Below, piece by piece: positions 39,301 through 53,013 of a stretch of DNA of 64,000 nucleotides. The number at the start of each line of letters is the position of its first letter. Within the stretch, counting starts at the first letter, position 1. Under the pieces are notes generated by a model that saw only the letters and a list, made by a program, of their open reading frames with translations, was not told where the DNA came from and made no database searches. Source of the DNA: Octopus sinensis (Eukaryota); assembly GCF_006345805.1 (NCBI RefSeq), contig NC_043014.1, positions 37,014,001 through 37,078,000 on the forward strand, written 5' to 3'. A program made the position numbers and the translations under genes.

Positions 39301-40844
39301 TTGCTTGACTAAAGGCGGTGCTCCAGCATGGCCACAGTCAAATGACTGAAACAAGTAAAAGAGTAAAAAAAAAGAGAGTAAGTGTTCCAGGGGACATATA
39401 GAAAAGGGAGGATAAGCTGACATTTGGAGAATCTAGTGGAATTTGTAAAAAAGAACTGGATGTGTAATCTTAGTGTGTGTAAACAACAGAACACAAGCTG
39501 AGAGAAAAATTGACTAGAAGAGAAACCATCTGATATGGGCATACAATGTGTGTGGAAGATACCACTTGTATAAAGAGGTGCTGGAAGAAGGAAATTTAGG
39601 AAGGCATGAGACAAAGTTAGGGTAACTGATTTTAAGATGCTGAACCTCACAAAGGAGACAAAGAATCATGACAAGTGAGGACACACAATGCTATAGAAAA
39701 TTGCCCAACAATATAAGTATGGCAAAACAGTCATAAAATAATGGTAGGTTGAGATACATTGTATATTCTACTATGTATCTCTTGCTCATTATATTCCTGT
39801 TGAGTCTCCGTCTACTACACCCTTTGTTACTCTCTCATCTAGCACTCATTGTCTGTCCTATTAATGTAAAACTCTATCTGTGTAACATCCATTTTTCCAT
39901 ATTTGCATGGGTTGGATGAAGTTTGAGGCAAATTTTCTACAGCCGGATGCCCTTCCTGTTACCAATCCTCACCTGTTTCCAAGCAAGGTAATATTTCTCC
40001 ACCGCCAAACGTGTTCATGTGAAATATTGGAGATGAATGAAAGTGCTTGTATGACAATGACAGTCATTTACAACTGTCACACAATGCCAAGAAAAGGAGA
40101 CAAACACACACAACTGGCTTCTTTCAATTTCCTGTCTATCAGATCCACTCACAAGGATTTGGTCTGCCTGGTGCTATAATAGAAGACACTTGCCCAACGT
40201 GCCACGCAGTGGGACTGAACCTGGAACCATGTGGTTGGTTAGCAGACTTCTTCACCACACAGCCATGTCTTGCACCTCATTTGATCTGTCCATATTCAAT
40301 CTTTCTACCATAAGTCATTATCAATCCCATGTCTCGATGCCTGTTTAGTGAGGAATATGACAACAAATCTGTCCATACACTGACCAGTACCATAACCCTT
40401 CTCTGCTGCAGGTCATCATACTCTCTCTCTCCGAGTGACTCTTTATTACCATGTACCATCATCCATCTCTGATAGTTATTAGCTCTCGCCGTCTCTGTCT
40501 CTTGCAATCCCATCACCCACTACATACACTATAAAGTGGCAGCATGTGTTAGGAAGGGCATCCAGCTATGGAAAACATCAAAATAATGGAACCTGTGTGC
40601 AAGACATAACCTTCTGAGTCATTTAAGATGTCAGTAACTCTAAATAAGAGCTGACTTGGATCATGATGGTCTGTCTGTCCAAGCCATCTCTGTATAGAAA
40701 ATTGAACATAAAATGATGACAGTATACTGATAAATATTTTTTCCTTTTTTTTTTACTTCAGCTCTTGTTCCTGATGATGTTAAACGAGAACTCCTTCAAC
40801 GAATTCGAACATTCCTTTCACAACAAACCCCTAATATGTGGTAA
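18246..40844 (+). CDS. ENY2: Transcription and mRNA export factor ENY2/Sus1 (SAGA DUB module and TREX-2 subunit), 105 aa
   Basis: Exons: 18246-18253 (ATGGCCGA|GTAAGT), 35906-35986 (or 33392-33472), 37036-37106 (GC donor), 38863-38937, 40762-40844 (TAA). 318 nt in frame. Protein: [105 protein letters not shown]. Highly similar to vertebrate ENY2. Confidence 0.96.
18680..20930. repeat. Degenerate (TA)n tracts, ~2.2 kb, including a ~60-bp CTAAATCAAAT minisatellite at ~19925-20190
   Basis: Direct inspection. Starts ~430 bp after ENY2 exon 1. Confidence 0.95.
21221..21232 (+). promoter_or_regulatory. CTCF-like motif CCACCAGAGGGC
   Basis: Matches the CTCF core consensus and sits in unique CpG-rich sequence of ENY2 intron 1. 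Confidence 0.45.
22270..22770. repeat. (TA)n/(CA)n compound microsatellite
   Basis: Direct inspection. Confidence 0.9.
23073..23091 (+). promoter_or_regulatory. CTCF-like motif TGGCCACTAGGTGACAGCA
   Basis: One mismatch from a canonical TGGCCACTAGGTGGCAGCA site. Same orientation as the motif at 21221. Confidence 0.4.
25520..27310. repeat. Degenerate T-skewed (TA)n tract, ~1.8 kb
   Basis: Direct inspection. Confidence 0.95.
28419..29048. mobile_element. 630-bp fold-back non-autonomous DNA transposon (Merlin/Mutator-like), 8-bp TSD
   Basis: Termini GGATCTTTTCC...GGAAAAGATCC, and the element is palindromic along nearly its whole length. TSD CCAAAGTC at 28411-28418 and 29049-29056, inserted in a family B SINE tail. 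A solo TIR arm sits at ~28211-28293. Confidence 0.85.
30481..30930. mobile_element. piggyBac-like MITE with a second MITE nested at an internal TTAA
   Basis: Outer element TTAACCCTTTCGTTAC...GTAACAAAAGGGTTAA. Inner element starts at TTAA 30649-30652. Confidence 0.75.
33392..33472 (+). CDS. ENY2: Duplicated ENY2 exon 2 (exon 2a), intact 81-nt alternative exon candidate
   Basis: Acceptor TTTTGTAG and donor AA|GTGAGT. Same length and phases (2/2) as exon 35906-35986. Encodes (E)[26 protein letters not shown](K) with no stop or frameshift. Confidence 0.6.
33734..34039 (+). mobile_element. tRNA-derived SINE (family D) with 11-bp TSD
   Basis: A-box TGGCCTAGTGG, B-box GATTCGAATC and AAC-type tail. 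TSD CACCTTGCTGT at 33723-33733 and 34040-34050. Confidence 0.88.
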
Positions 40845-41145
40845 TGATACTAAATTCCATGGCATACTGAACGATGTCGTTTTCAGCAAAATGATGACAA
40901 AAGAAACGATACAAAACCAATTGGTGACAGCAATAAAAATGCCCATATTTTTTAGAAACAGATCTAAATACCATTTTTTTTTTTTCTTCTTTCTCCCTGC
41001 TCAGTTTTTCTTATGTTGTATTGTCATTCATTTCCCTTTGCAGCCTCAACAGTATTCTTTCATCTTCTCATAGTTCTATACTGCAAGGACTTTCCATTAT
41101 ATTGAAGAGAGTAATTTACTTTGACCCTGTATATGTATTATAATT

Positions 41146-41151
41146 AATAAA
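41146..41151 (+). terminator. Probable ENY2 polyadenylation signal AATAAA
   Basis: AATAAA ~300 nt after the stop codon, followed by a U/GU-rich stretch (tttttgtttag...tttgtgtcg). Confidence 0.6.
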
Positions 41152-43286
41152 ATCTTTGTGGACTGCATTATTTTTGTTTAGAAATGTTTTTCCTTTTCTT
41201 TGTGTCGTTAGTTAGACAGAAAAGCAGTGACTTCTGATCTTGACCAGGTAGCTACAAGACTAAAACATAGCGAGACACACACATTGTGTGTTTTCCATCA
41301 CAACTAATAACATATTTCACAATTGAGAAGAAACAGGTTAGTAAATATGTTTTCATAGCAGATGCCCTTCTTACCAATAACCCTTACCTGTTTTTCAAGT
41401 AATGAATCTCTTATTTCACATACCTTTGAAGATACAAAGCAAGTTGCTGATGTATTAGAATTAGTAACACTGGTAGTGCACAAATATAAACAAACACACA
41501 TTCACATACATGACACTTCTTTTAGTTTCTGTCCACCAAAGTCACTCACAAGTCTATAGTTTACCTGGGACTATAGCAGAAGATATGTGCCATGCAGTAG
41601 GAACAACCCTGAAACCACGAACTTTTTAACTATATGTATTCAGCTTGGTATGTGTAGGATGGAGTAGCTGAAGTGAACAGGTACTTTATGATAGAATATC
41701 TGGTACCCTACTTGCGCATGATTATGGTTCTAATGGTTCTATTGGAGGGGCAAAAGGGTAAAGGCTCCCTTTGGTCATGAATGACCATGGGATTACACCT
41801 AGAAAGTTCCCCGCCCCAAGGCACATGTCCAAGCAGTTGCCCATGCCTACCAGAATCCCATCTCCACACCACTGATGTTATCAAAAGAAAAGCAAAGGCT
41901 GATACAGCTTGGCACCAGTGATGTTGCAACTCATTTCTACTCCTGAGTAAACTGGAGCAACATGAAATAAAGTGTCTTGCTCAAGAACACAGCCCAGTCT
42001 GGGAATCAAATTCATGATTTCATGATTGTGAGCTTGACACTAACTGCTGAGCCATGCACCCTCAGGGTTTAGGTGTAGGCTTAATTGAATTGTACCAATA
42101 TTTATGACGTTTTATTTTTTTTAGATTCCTATTAGAAATTGAACACAGAATGCCAAACTTTAAGACCTTGCTGTATTTACATTGTCATTGCCTGGAGGAG
42201 CTCTTTAGCAGTGGTTCTCAACTTTTTTGTGTCTATAAATCCCCTTTGATTCCTCTTTTACTCTGGAGGGGTGACCTTCATAGCCATTCAATGTCTAAAA
42301 ACTACTTAATTATTCTGTGTATTGTAGAAACATGACCAATTTATTACACATAAGTTTTAACGAAATCTTATATGGACTCCTGTTGAGAACCACTTCTCTA
42401 TAACAAAGTAGATAAACTGATTCATATGCAACCATAATTGATAGACAGCTTGTGGAAATATACTTGGGTTCTTAAGTAAGAAATATTTGCAAACTTTATG
42501 ATAATTTACCAGATATAAACTGTTAGTGAGTCTCTTCATTGAAGTATAACTTCAATGTTCATAGAGAGAGAAAATATTTAAGAATCTGAACACGTGCGTG
42601 TAAAGTGTATTCTTGTTTCACAGCTGTCTAGTGTCTGAAAATTTTTCTATGTATTTCTCTTAAGCACCTTTAGCCTTTCTCACTCTAAATTTGCTTTCTA
42701 ATTGAAGTACAAAACCACAAATTTGAAGGGAAAGAACAGATATTTACATCAACATGCACATACTACACTGGTATTTCATTTTATAGGCACTCTTTTGTGT
42801 AAGGATGAAAGGGGAAACCAGTCGCTGAACGGATTTGAATCCTGAGAATAAGAAGGGACGATACTGAATACTTCAAAGCATTGTTACTCTACTGTTTCTG
42901 GCATTGGTTGCCATAATAATAATTTCTGACATCATCATCATTTAACGTCTGTTTTCCATACTGGCATGGGTTGGGCTGTTTGACAGGAGCTGTCAAACTG
43001 GAGGGCCACAGTAGGCTTCAGTTTTCTGTCTTAGCTGTTTTCTATGGCTAATGCCCTTTCTAACATGAACCACTTTTCAGAATGCAATGGGTTCTTTTTT
43101 ATGTGGCACCAGCATGAAAGATACAAATTAAATTATTTGGGAGAAGGTGTCAGTTGATTAAATCAACCCTAGTAGTTAACTGGTACTTTATCAACCCCAG
43201 AAGAATGAAAGGCAATGTTGACCATGATAGACTTTGAACTTGGAATGTAAAGAGCCAGAATAAATACTGCAAGGCATTTTCATCAA

Positions 43287-45197
43287 CAATAATGATTCTA
43301 CTGTGGAGGCACATGGCCTAGTGGTTAGAGCAGCGGTCGAGGGATCGCAGGTTCGAATCTCAGACCGGGCAATGTGTGTGTTTATGAGCAAAACACCTAA
43401 GCTCCACGCAGCTCTGGCAGAAGGTAATGGTGAAACTTCTGACTCTTTCACCACAACTTTCTTTCACTCTTTCCTCCTGCATCTTGCAGCTCACCTACGA
43501 CGGACCGGCGTCCCGTCCAGGTGGGGAACCTATACGCCAAGGAAACTGGGAAACTGGCCCTATGAGCCAGGCGTGGCTTGAGAAGGAACAAACAATAGTG
43601 ATTCTACTAATTCACCACCTCAATGATAAAAACAAACAAACATTTACCGAGATATTTACAATTTATTGTTTGGATATTGACAAACAAAACATCCAATCAA
43701 TGAATTCTGTTCCTAAATGCTCATATTGCAGTTGCCAACAGTTACTTCTGCTGCAGATGGGTTTGTCATGAAATAAGCACCTAGCTTCAAGAGAACTGTT
43801 TCGTTGCAGGAGGTTTCATTAAAAAAAAGAAAACAGAATTCAGGTGAACATCACAGGAAAAGCAGCATCTAAAATAAATAAAAGATAAAATAAGATATCA
43901 GTTCTGTTGCAACTGGCCAAGATAAATGATGTCAGTAAAAAGGTTAACAATTCAAATCAGAGCTCTTAATTCACAAAACCTTTCAGCCTTGACTTCAACT
44001 CATTAATTTATAACAGCACTGGCTCTAACTCCTCCATATGTACTTTGACTAATCATATATTTCTTAATGTTAACTGAAAGCATGCAACATACATGGACAG
44101 TATGAATCACCGGGCTACTTTTTAGCACTCTAATTATAATGATTCTACTGTGTAGGCACATGGCCTAGTGGTTAGAGCAGCGGTCGAGGGATCGCAGGTT
44201 CGAATCTCAGACCGGGCAATGTGTGTGTTATGAGCAAAACACCTAAGCTCCACGCAGCTCTGGCAGAAGGTAATGGTGAAACTTCTGACTCTTTCACCAC
44301 AACTTTCTTTCACTCTTTCCTCTGCATCTTGCAGCTCACCTACGACGGACCGGCGTCCCGTCCAGGTGGGGAACCTATACGCCAAGGAAACTGGGAAACT
44401 GGCCCTATGAGCCAGGCGTGGCTTGAGAAGGAACAAACAATAGTGATTCTACTAATTCACCACCTCAATGATAAAAACAAACAAACATTTACCGAGATAT
44501 TTACAATTTATTGTTTGGATATTGACAAACAAAACATCCAATCAATGAATTCTGTTCCTAAATGCTCATATTGCAGTTGCCAACAGTTACTTCTGCTGCA
44601 GATGGGTTTGTCATGAAATAAGCACCTAGCTTCAAGAGAACTGTTTCGTTGCAGGAGGTTTCATTAAAAAAAAGAAAACAGAATTCAGGTGAACATCACA
44701 GGAAAAGCAGCATCTAAAATAAATAAAAGATAAAATAAGATATCAGTTCTGTTGCAACTGGCCAAGATAAATGATGTCAGTAAAAAGGTTAACAATTCAA
44801 ATCAGAGCTCTTAATTCACAAAACCTTTCAGCCTTGACTTCAACTCATTAATTTATAACAGCACTGGCTCTAACTCCTCCATATGTACTTTGACTAATCA
44901 TATATTTCTTAATGTTAACTGAAAGCATGCAACATACATGGACAGTATGAATCACCGGGCTACTTTTTAGCACTCTAATTATAATGATTCTACTGTGTAG
45001 GCACATGGCCTAGTGGTTAGAGCAGCGGTCGAGGGATCGCAGGTTCGAATCTCAGACCGGGCAATGTGTGTGTTTATGAGCAAAACACCTAAGCTCCACG
45101 CAGCTCTGGCAGAAGGTAATGGTGAAACTTCTGACTCTTTCACCACAACTTTCTTTCACTCTTTCCTCCTGCATCTTGCAGCTCACCTACGACGGAC
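43287..45197 (+). repeat. ~846-bp tandem repeat, 2.25 copies
   Basis: The anchor AATGATTCTACT recurs at 43291, 44138 and 44983. Copies are nearly identical. Confidence 0.92.
43303..43592 (+). mobile_element. Family D SINE with 16-bp TSD
   Basis: Same family as 33734-34039. TSD CAATA(A/G)TGATTCTACT at 43287-43302 and 43593-43608. Re-copied at ~44150-44440 and ~44995-45197 by tandem duplication. Confidence 0.85.
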
Positions 45198-45262
45198 ATT
45201 ATTAGGGGACAAGATGAAAGAACCTCCCCTGATATTTCAGGCCTTGTGCCCATAGCAGAAAA

Positions 45263-45662
45263 TCTTCAAAGCGACAGTCAAACCAATTCTACTATATGGC
45301 TCAGAAACCAGGCGGTTGGATGGAACTTACACTCGCCTCCTTATGAGAGCTCAAAATCTCTCGTGGAAGCGCCATCCAACCAAAATACAAATATATGGGA
45401 AACTACCACCTGTATCATCTCTCGTGAAAGGTAGGAGAGTCCAGTTTGCTGGACATTGTTGTAGAACTGAAAACGAGGCAATTTCTACTCTTCTCCTCTG
45501 GAAGCCATCTACTCGCGATACCAGAGGGCACACACTCTCCTACCCTGATGTAATCTGGGATACAGGCATCCAGCAACAGGACCTCCGTAATGCTATGATG
45601 GACCGTGAAGTCTGGTGTAGCATAGTAAATTCCATTGTCTCAACCACGGTCGAATGATGATG
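45263..45662 (+). mobile_element. 5'-truncated RTE/RTEX-type LINE insertion with 11-bp TSD
   Basis: Encodes FKATVKPILLYGSET...RRVQFAGHCCR (RT thumb region) and has a (GAT)n tail. TSD ATAGCAGAAAA at 45252-45262 and 45663-45673, interrupting a SINE tail. Confidence 0.85.
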
Positions 45663-47389
45663 ATAGCAGAAAAGATTATTATTATTATTGAGTGAGAGAG
45701 CACCAGATGCCATCAAAGTGACACCGGGGTAGAAATGTACATCATCATCATTATTTAACGTACGCTGACGATGATGCTGTACATTTCTACCCCGGTGTCA
45801 CTTTGATGGCATCTGGTGCTCTCTCACTCAATAATAATAATAATCTTTTCTGCTATACCCATCATGACTACCTGTCTGATAACAGTAACCATAAAAGAAA
45901 ATTTACAAACATCTTTGTTTACCATTTCAGAAATCTAAATTACATTTGAAGCTAAAATTAAAAGACTGAATCCTTTAATGACCATTTAAAAAAATAAAAA
46001 ATTACTTTAGATAAATAACTTACCTTTTGCAAGATTAAAGTATTGTTTGAATATAAAATTTAAGTGAATATAACATTGAGAGATTACATTGAGTGAAATA
46101 GAAATTATATTGTAAATAATTGTAACGTTTATTCCTACAACACGTTTGAGAAAAACGTATCTATTAGAAAAGAAGCTAAAAAAATCTAAATCCAAAATTT
46201 ATAAACATTTTGTTCTCAGAAACAGAATTCCTGTTGCCAAATTCTCTTTGAGAAACACCTTTAAATCTGATTTGATTGTTTTTCAGTGCAGAAACAGTCA
46301 AATTAGTATCTGTGAAATTGGAAATTTTAATACATCATCATCGTTTAGCGTCCGTTTTCCATGCTAGCATGGGTTGGACGGTTTAACTGGGGTCTGTGAA
46401 GCCGGAAGGCTTCATCAGGCCTAGTCAGATCTGGCAGTGTTTCTACGGCTGGATGCCCTTCCTAATGCCAACCACTCCGTGAGTGTAGTGGGTGCATTTT
46501 ACGTGCCACCCGCACAGGTGCCAGACAGAGCTGGCAAACGGCCACGAACAGATGGTGCTTTTTATGTGCCCCCAGTACGGGGGCCAGGCGAGGCTGGCAA
46601 CGGACACGAACGGATGGTGCTTTTTACATGCCAACGGCACGAGGCCAGTCAGGGCGGCGCTGGCAACGGTCACGAATGGATGGTTCTCTTACATGCCACC
46701 AGCACTGGTAACACATCTGCAATTTCCATTGATCAATTTCGATTCTGATCCTCACTTGCCTCAACAGGTCTTCACAAGTAGAGTTATTAGAATTTTATTT
46801 TTGAGCTGATACATTTTTATCCATTCCAACTCCACAGCTAAGATACTTTACCATACATGCAGTCCACATGAAAGGCACTTATGCCACATAGTAGATGCCT
46901 GTGACACATGAAAGGCACCTGTGCCACATAGTAGACACCTGTGCTGGTTGGCATTAGGAAGGGCATCCAGCTGTAGAAACAAAGCCAAAACAGACGAGCA
47001 CTGGTGCAGCTCTCTGGCTTACCAGTTCCAGTCAAACCATCTAACCCATGCCAGCAAGGAAAACGGAAACTAAATGATGATGATGATATACCAAAAGTAG
47101 TTATTAGTACTAACAGAAAAAACATTTTAGATTGTTGACTTAATAAGGATAACAGTCTCAAAATAGAATTCCTATTTACAGACAGAACATGAAATATATC
47201 ATGACTATAGTATCTGGTAATCCTAATAAAATAATTTCTTACAAGACTAAATATATTTGCAAATTTAAATGAGAAAGTGTCAATAAAAACATTGTATTTT
47301 TTCTGAAGAAAATGTATAACATCAAGTGCAATCTCCCCTTTACTAAACAGGAAGAACACAATCTTTACAAATTAAATTAGCTCTAGCAC

Positions 47390-47395
47390 TTTATT
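47390..47395 (-). terminator. Candidate GPATCH1 polyadenylation signal
   Basis: AATAAA on the minus strand ~200 nt after the stop codon. Other candidates exist further downstream. Confidence 0.4.
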
Positions 47396-47591
47396 GATTG
47401 TGAAAGGATGAAGCCAAACCAGTGGAGTTTAAACTCAGAACTTTTAAATCTTATCCTTTTTAAGTATAAAATTCAATCCGTTTTGTAAAACTTCAATTGT
47501 AGGTTCATATAGGCAACAACAATTCAACAACAGAACTAACCTTGTTATAAATATGGTATGACAGCAGGTGAAATGGATTGATTGAGAAAAC

Positions 47592-49303
47592 TCAGTCTGC
47601 GGATGATGATGAAGAACTGGAAGAATCATATGTCCTTGATGACGAGTGTTTTTTCTTTTTCTTCTTTTTCTTTTTCTGTTTTTTATCTTTTCTTTGCCGA
47701 TGCTTATCCTGCAATATAAACAAATTTGAGACAAGTCACAAAACACTCACATTAAGGACAAGAAGTTTAGTTTTTTTTTTTTAATAAGTTCTCAAATTAG
47801 GTTACCTAAATGCTAAAGTAACTTACATACTAAAATAATGTAAACTATGGTACTGTTTATATTACACAAGGTATTAAACCCTTTTGATACCAACCTGTCT
47901 ACGAACACCCTTGGTTCTATGATAGAAACTTCCTTTTTAAAAGTAACCTAGGCATAAGCTTGGCTGTAGTAAAAAGCTTGCTCCCATCCACATGGTTCTA
48001 GGTTCAGTTTCACTGCATGGCACCTTGGGCAAGTGTCTTCTACTACAACCTCAGGCCAACCAAAGCCTCATGAGTGGATTTGATAGATGGAAACTGAAAG
48101 AAGCTCATCATATATATATTAGTGTGTGTGTGTCTGCATGTCTTTGTATCAATGTTTGTCTCCCACCACTGCTTGACAATCAGTGCTGATGCATTTATGT
48201 CCCCGTAACTTAGTGGTTCAGCAAAAGAGACCAACAGAATCAGTACCAAGCTTTAAAAAGTAAAAGTACTAAGGCTGATGCATTCAACTAAAAATTCGCC
48301 AAAGGGGTGCCCCAGCATGGCCGCAGTTTAATGACTGAAACATGTAAAAGAAAAAGATAAAAGATAAATTTAAAATTCTAACCAAAATTTCATGCTTATT
48401 TATGTTCCAGAAACACTAGTTTAATAATGACAAGATTATTTTACATCAAGAGTTCAATCCAGGCAAGGCATTAGGGCAAAACATGAGACACCTGAAGAAA
48501 GCTGGAGTTTATACGACTGAAATATAGTGAAAGCAACAATCAAGATGAGGACACTACTTTGACCAATACATAATTGTATTACCCAATCAGTACAGAACTG
48601 ACATAAGACATCAATGGAGGTTTATAAGCCTTAAAAATTCACTCTGACTCTGCCTACAGGCATGGCATAGCGGATAAAGGTGCTGAAATGCAGTGCAGTC
48701 ACCTAGTGGTTCAGAGTTCATATCCAGGCAAAGTACTAAGGTAAATCACAAGACACTTGAAAAAGGTTGGAACTTACACAACCCAAAAGTAGTGAATGCA
48801 ACAATCAAGATCAGGACACCACCTCAATTGACAAGTCCCTTAACCCCTTGGGGATCGTTGGGGTGCTGCAGCCATGCAGCCTATCTAGGGCAAGAAAGCC
48901 TGGCAGAGCCTATCCCTCTCCAGGCTAAACTCATCAGATCGTCCAATCCAAGGATTAAAAACCACATGAATCTAACAACCTAACCACAAAGAGATACGCT
49001 TCCACTAAGCGGTACTCGTTTCTACAGCTGAGTAGACTGGAGCAACTTGAAGTGTTTTGCTCAAGAACACAACGCATCGCCCAGTACAGGAATCGAAACT
49101 ACAATCTTACAGTGATAAGAAACTTGCTTCTCAACTACACGGTTTCAGGTTCAGTCCCACTGTGTGGCACCTTGAACGAGTGTCCTCAACTATAGCTTCA
49201 GGCCGACCAAACTCTTGTGAGTGGATTTGGTACATGGAAACTGAAAGAGGCCCATCATGTATACATATATATGTGTGTATATATATATATATATATGTGT
49301 GTG

Positions 49304-49336
<33 letters not shown>

Positions 49337-51045
49337 CTTTCTGTCTGTGTTTGTCCTCTCCTCAACCATTGCTTAACCACCGACGTTGATGTGTTATGTC
49401 CCCAAAACTTAGCAGTTTGGCAAAAAAGACCTACAGAATAAGTACTAGGCTTACAAAGAATAAGTGCTGGGGATGATTTCTTCGACTAAAGACAGTGTTC
49501 CAGCATGGTCACAGTCAAAACTCAAAATGTATAAAAGAAATCATGTGTACAATATCCTAACTACTGAACCACGCTACCTCAACTAATGCATAAAACTTAA
49601 TTGAAACTAGCAAAACGTTTTCCAACAGAAATATGATAACGAAATGGTTGAAATGACTTCAAAGCTTACCTGAAATATTAAGGGTTACATGAAATAAAGT
49701 GAAATACTACACATACCTTTTCTGACTTCTTTGATGTGTGCTTACTTTTGTGTCTGTGCTTTTTTGATGAAGATTTCTTCAGGAACCCAAGAAGTTTCTT
49801 GTCCAATGGATCCAGTTGCTTATTAGATGAACCTAAAAGAAAAAAAGATTTATAAATTTGAGATGATCCACAGAATCAGCAGTTATATATCACCATTGAG
49901 AAAAATAATTCCTAATTTGTGTGAGGCGTTGGTGGAAGTATACTGTGCGTGAGAAGACCCGGCAGGACAAGTGAGACCATAACCCGTGGCTTCTACACGG
50001 GATGTAGCCAGTCCACTTATGCATACCTTTCCTTCTTGGGACACAAAACTCTACTTGTGAAGACCTGTTGAGGCAAGTGAGAATCGAAATCGATCAACAT
50101 CAATGGAAATTGCAGCTGTGATACTAGTGCCAGTGGCACGTAAGAGAACCATCCGAACGTGGCCGTTACCAGTGCTGCCCCAACTGGCCTCATGTCACTG
50201 GCACATAAAAAGCACCATCCGATCGTGGTCATTTGCCAGACTCGTCTGGCACCTGTGCTGGTGGCACGTAAAAAGCACCCACTACACTCACGGAGTGGTT
50301 GGCGTTAGGAAGGGCATCCAGCTGTAGAAACATTGCCAGATCAGTCTGGGCCTGGTGCAGCCTTCTGGTTTCCCAGACCCCAGTTGAACCGTCCAACCCA
50401 TGCTAGGATGGAAAGCGGACGCTAAACGATGATGATGATGATGATTATTATTATTATTATTAAGCTGATAGAATCGTTAGCCTGCCTGGCAAAACAAAAT
50501 ACTTAGCAGCATCTTGTCCATCTTTACATTCAACTTCTGCGAAGGTTGACTTTGCCTTTCATCCTTTTGGAGTTGATAGAATAAGTACCAGTTATGTACT
50601 GGGAACCAATGTAATCAACTAATTCCCAAAATTTCAGGCCTTGTGTCCATAGTATAAAGGATTATTATTATTATTATAAGGCAGCAAGTTGGCAGAATCA
50701 TTAGCACACCGGGCAAAATGCTAAGCAACATTTCATCTGTCTATGTTTTGAGTTCAAATTTTACTAAGGTTGACTTGCTTTGAGCTCACAATTCCTTGAT
50801 GGAGTCATGAAGATGCTGCCATGATATAAACGTGGCAAGCTGGCAGAATCGTTAGCATGCTGGACAAAATGCTTAACGGTATTTCACCTGTCGCGATGTT
50901 CTGAGTTAAAATTTTGCCGAGGCCAACTTTGCCTTTCGTCCTTTTGGAGTCGATAAATTAAGTATCAGTGAAACACTGGGGTTGATGTAATCGACTAGTC
51001 CTCTCCCTCCATATTTCAGGCTTTGTGCCTATAGTAGAAAGGATT

Positions 51046-51076
<31 letters not shown>

Positions 51077-52946
51077 TTAGGCATTAGGAAGGCATCCAGC
51101 CATAGAAACACTGTCAGATCAGACTGGGCCTGGCGCAGCCTTCTGGCTTCCCAGACCCCAGTTGAACCATCCAACCCATGCTAGCATGGAAAATGGACGT
51201 TAAACGATGATGATGATGATTATTATAATTATTATTATTATTATGATGATGATGGTGGTGGTGGTGGTGGTGATGATGATGATGATGCAGCAGCAGCAAG
51301 CTGGCAAAATCATTAGCACACCAGGCAAAATGCTTAGCGGCATTTCATGTTTTTGTATTGTGTTCAAATTCCACTAAGGCTGACTTGCTTTGGGCTCTCA
51401 ATTCCTTGATGAAGGACACTGCCATTATATACGGTTTGTCTTGGACATTTGTAGGCCTGAGAAAAGCCCAACTCTCTCTAGATTCAGACCCGACTACAAC
51501 TGATTTCTTCTACAAAAGAGCACAGCGGACAAATTGAAAGAGTGAGAGAAAGGGAAAAAAATCGATTTCGGTAAAGGACTGGTGTTTTATTTATTGGCTT
51601 TGAAAGAATAAAAGGCAAAGTTAACTTCAGAGAGTGAGAACAATTACTACAGAGCAATGTATCCGACACTCTAATGACTGTGTTAATTGGCCAACGTGTA
51701 TCTGTATCTGATGTGTGTACATTAAAGGTTACCAAAATCTGAAAGATCATCAACATAGGAATGTGCAGGGTCAGGTCACGAAGTAACAGTACTCGATGCC
51801 AGCGCCACCTTGACTGGCTTCTGTGCCGGTGGCACATAAAAAGCACCAACCGATCGTGGCCGATGCCAGACTTACCTGGTACGTAAAAAGCACCCACTAC
51901 ACTCGCGGAGTGGTTGGCGTTAGGAAGGGCATCCAGCTGTAGAAACACTGCCAGATCAGACTGGAGCCTGGTGCAGACCCTGGCTTCCCAGACCCCGGTC
52001 AAACCGTCCAACCCGTGCTAGTGTGGAAAACGGACATTAAACGATGATGATGATGATGTAGTAAAAATAATTATACATCCAAATGTAAACAATAAATATT
52101 CTGACAAATATGATTTACTTGGAGATTTTGTTGTAAACTTTGGTGGAAGAGCTGGGCCATAAACTTCAACTGAGGCTGCCTCATTTTCTGTAGAATCACT
52201 GTCTTTAGAACTGTGAGATGGTGAGATCTTTTCTTTTATGCTTTCAGCATTTTCTTTTTTTCTTTCAAGATTAGGTGCTTGAAAAGTTTCTAAAATAAGA
52301 GGAAAGAAACCAGCTTTTTATGACTCCAACATCATATAATACAAAGTGACTGAATTGATACAATATATTACAGCAGATTCACACAATTCATTTATTTGAT
52401 TTACTTTTGTTTTTTTTATGTTGGCATGGGTTGGATGGTTACTTATCTGAAGCAGTATTTTTTTTACATATAAAAGACCTTCCTATTATCAACTCTTACC
52501 TGTTTTTGCAAGTAAGAAATATATTTATTCCATTAAACTTTGAAGGCAGTGTTATAAATGTTTTGTTTGCAAGGAATATAGACATGATATCATTGATTTT
52601 TCTTTCTTTTTTTTTTGCCAATTAATCTCGTGCAAAGATGAGGAAATGATAATATCCACACATGTATGCATATAAGTGTGTGTGTTTGTTTGTGTACATA
52701 CATATGACACATCTTTCTTACAGTTTCTGTTTACCAATACTACTTACAAGGTACTGGGTGGCCAAAAGCCAAAGTAGAAGATACTTGGCTTAGGTACCAT
52801 GTAGTCTGACTGGGGCTGAGACCCCATGGTTACAAAGTAAACGTCTTACCGAAAACAGACATTGGAACTTGGTGCAGACCTTTGGCTTGCTGGATTCTGT
52901 TGAGCCATGCCAGCATAGAAAATGGACATTAAATGATGGTGATGAT

Positions 52947-53013
<67 letters not shown>

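Noticed and set aside
43640-46030. Possible extra spliced GPATCH1 3' exon (donor ~46022, acceptors ~44715/43870)
   Set aside because: GPATCH1 already ends at 47592 with a nearby polyA signal, and no open frame or upstream acceptor supports the exon.
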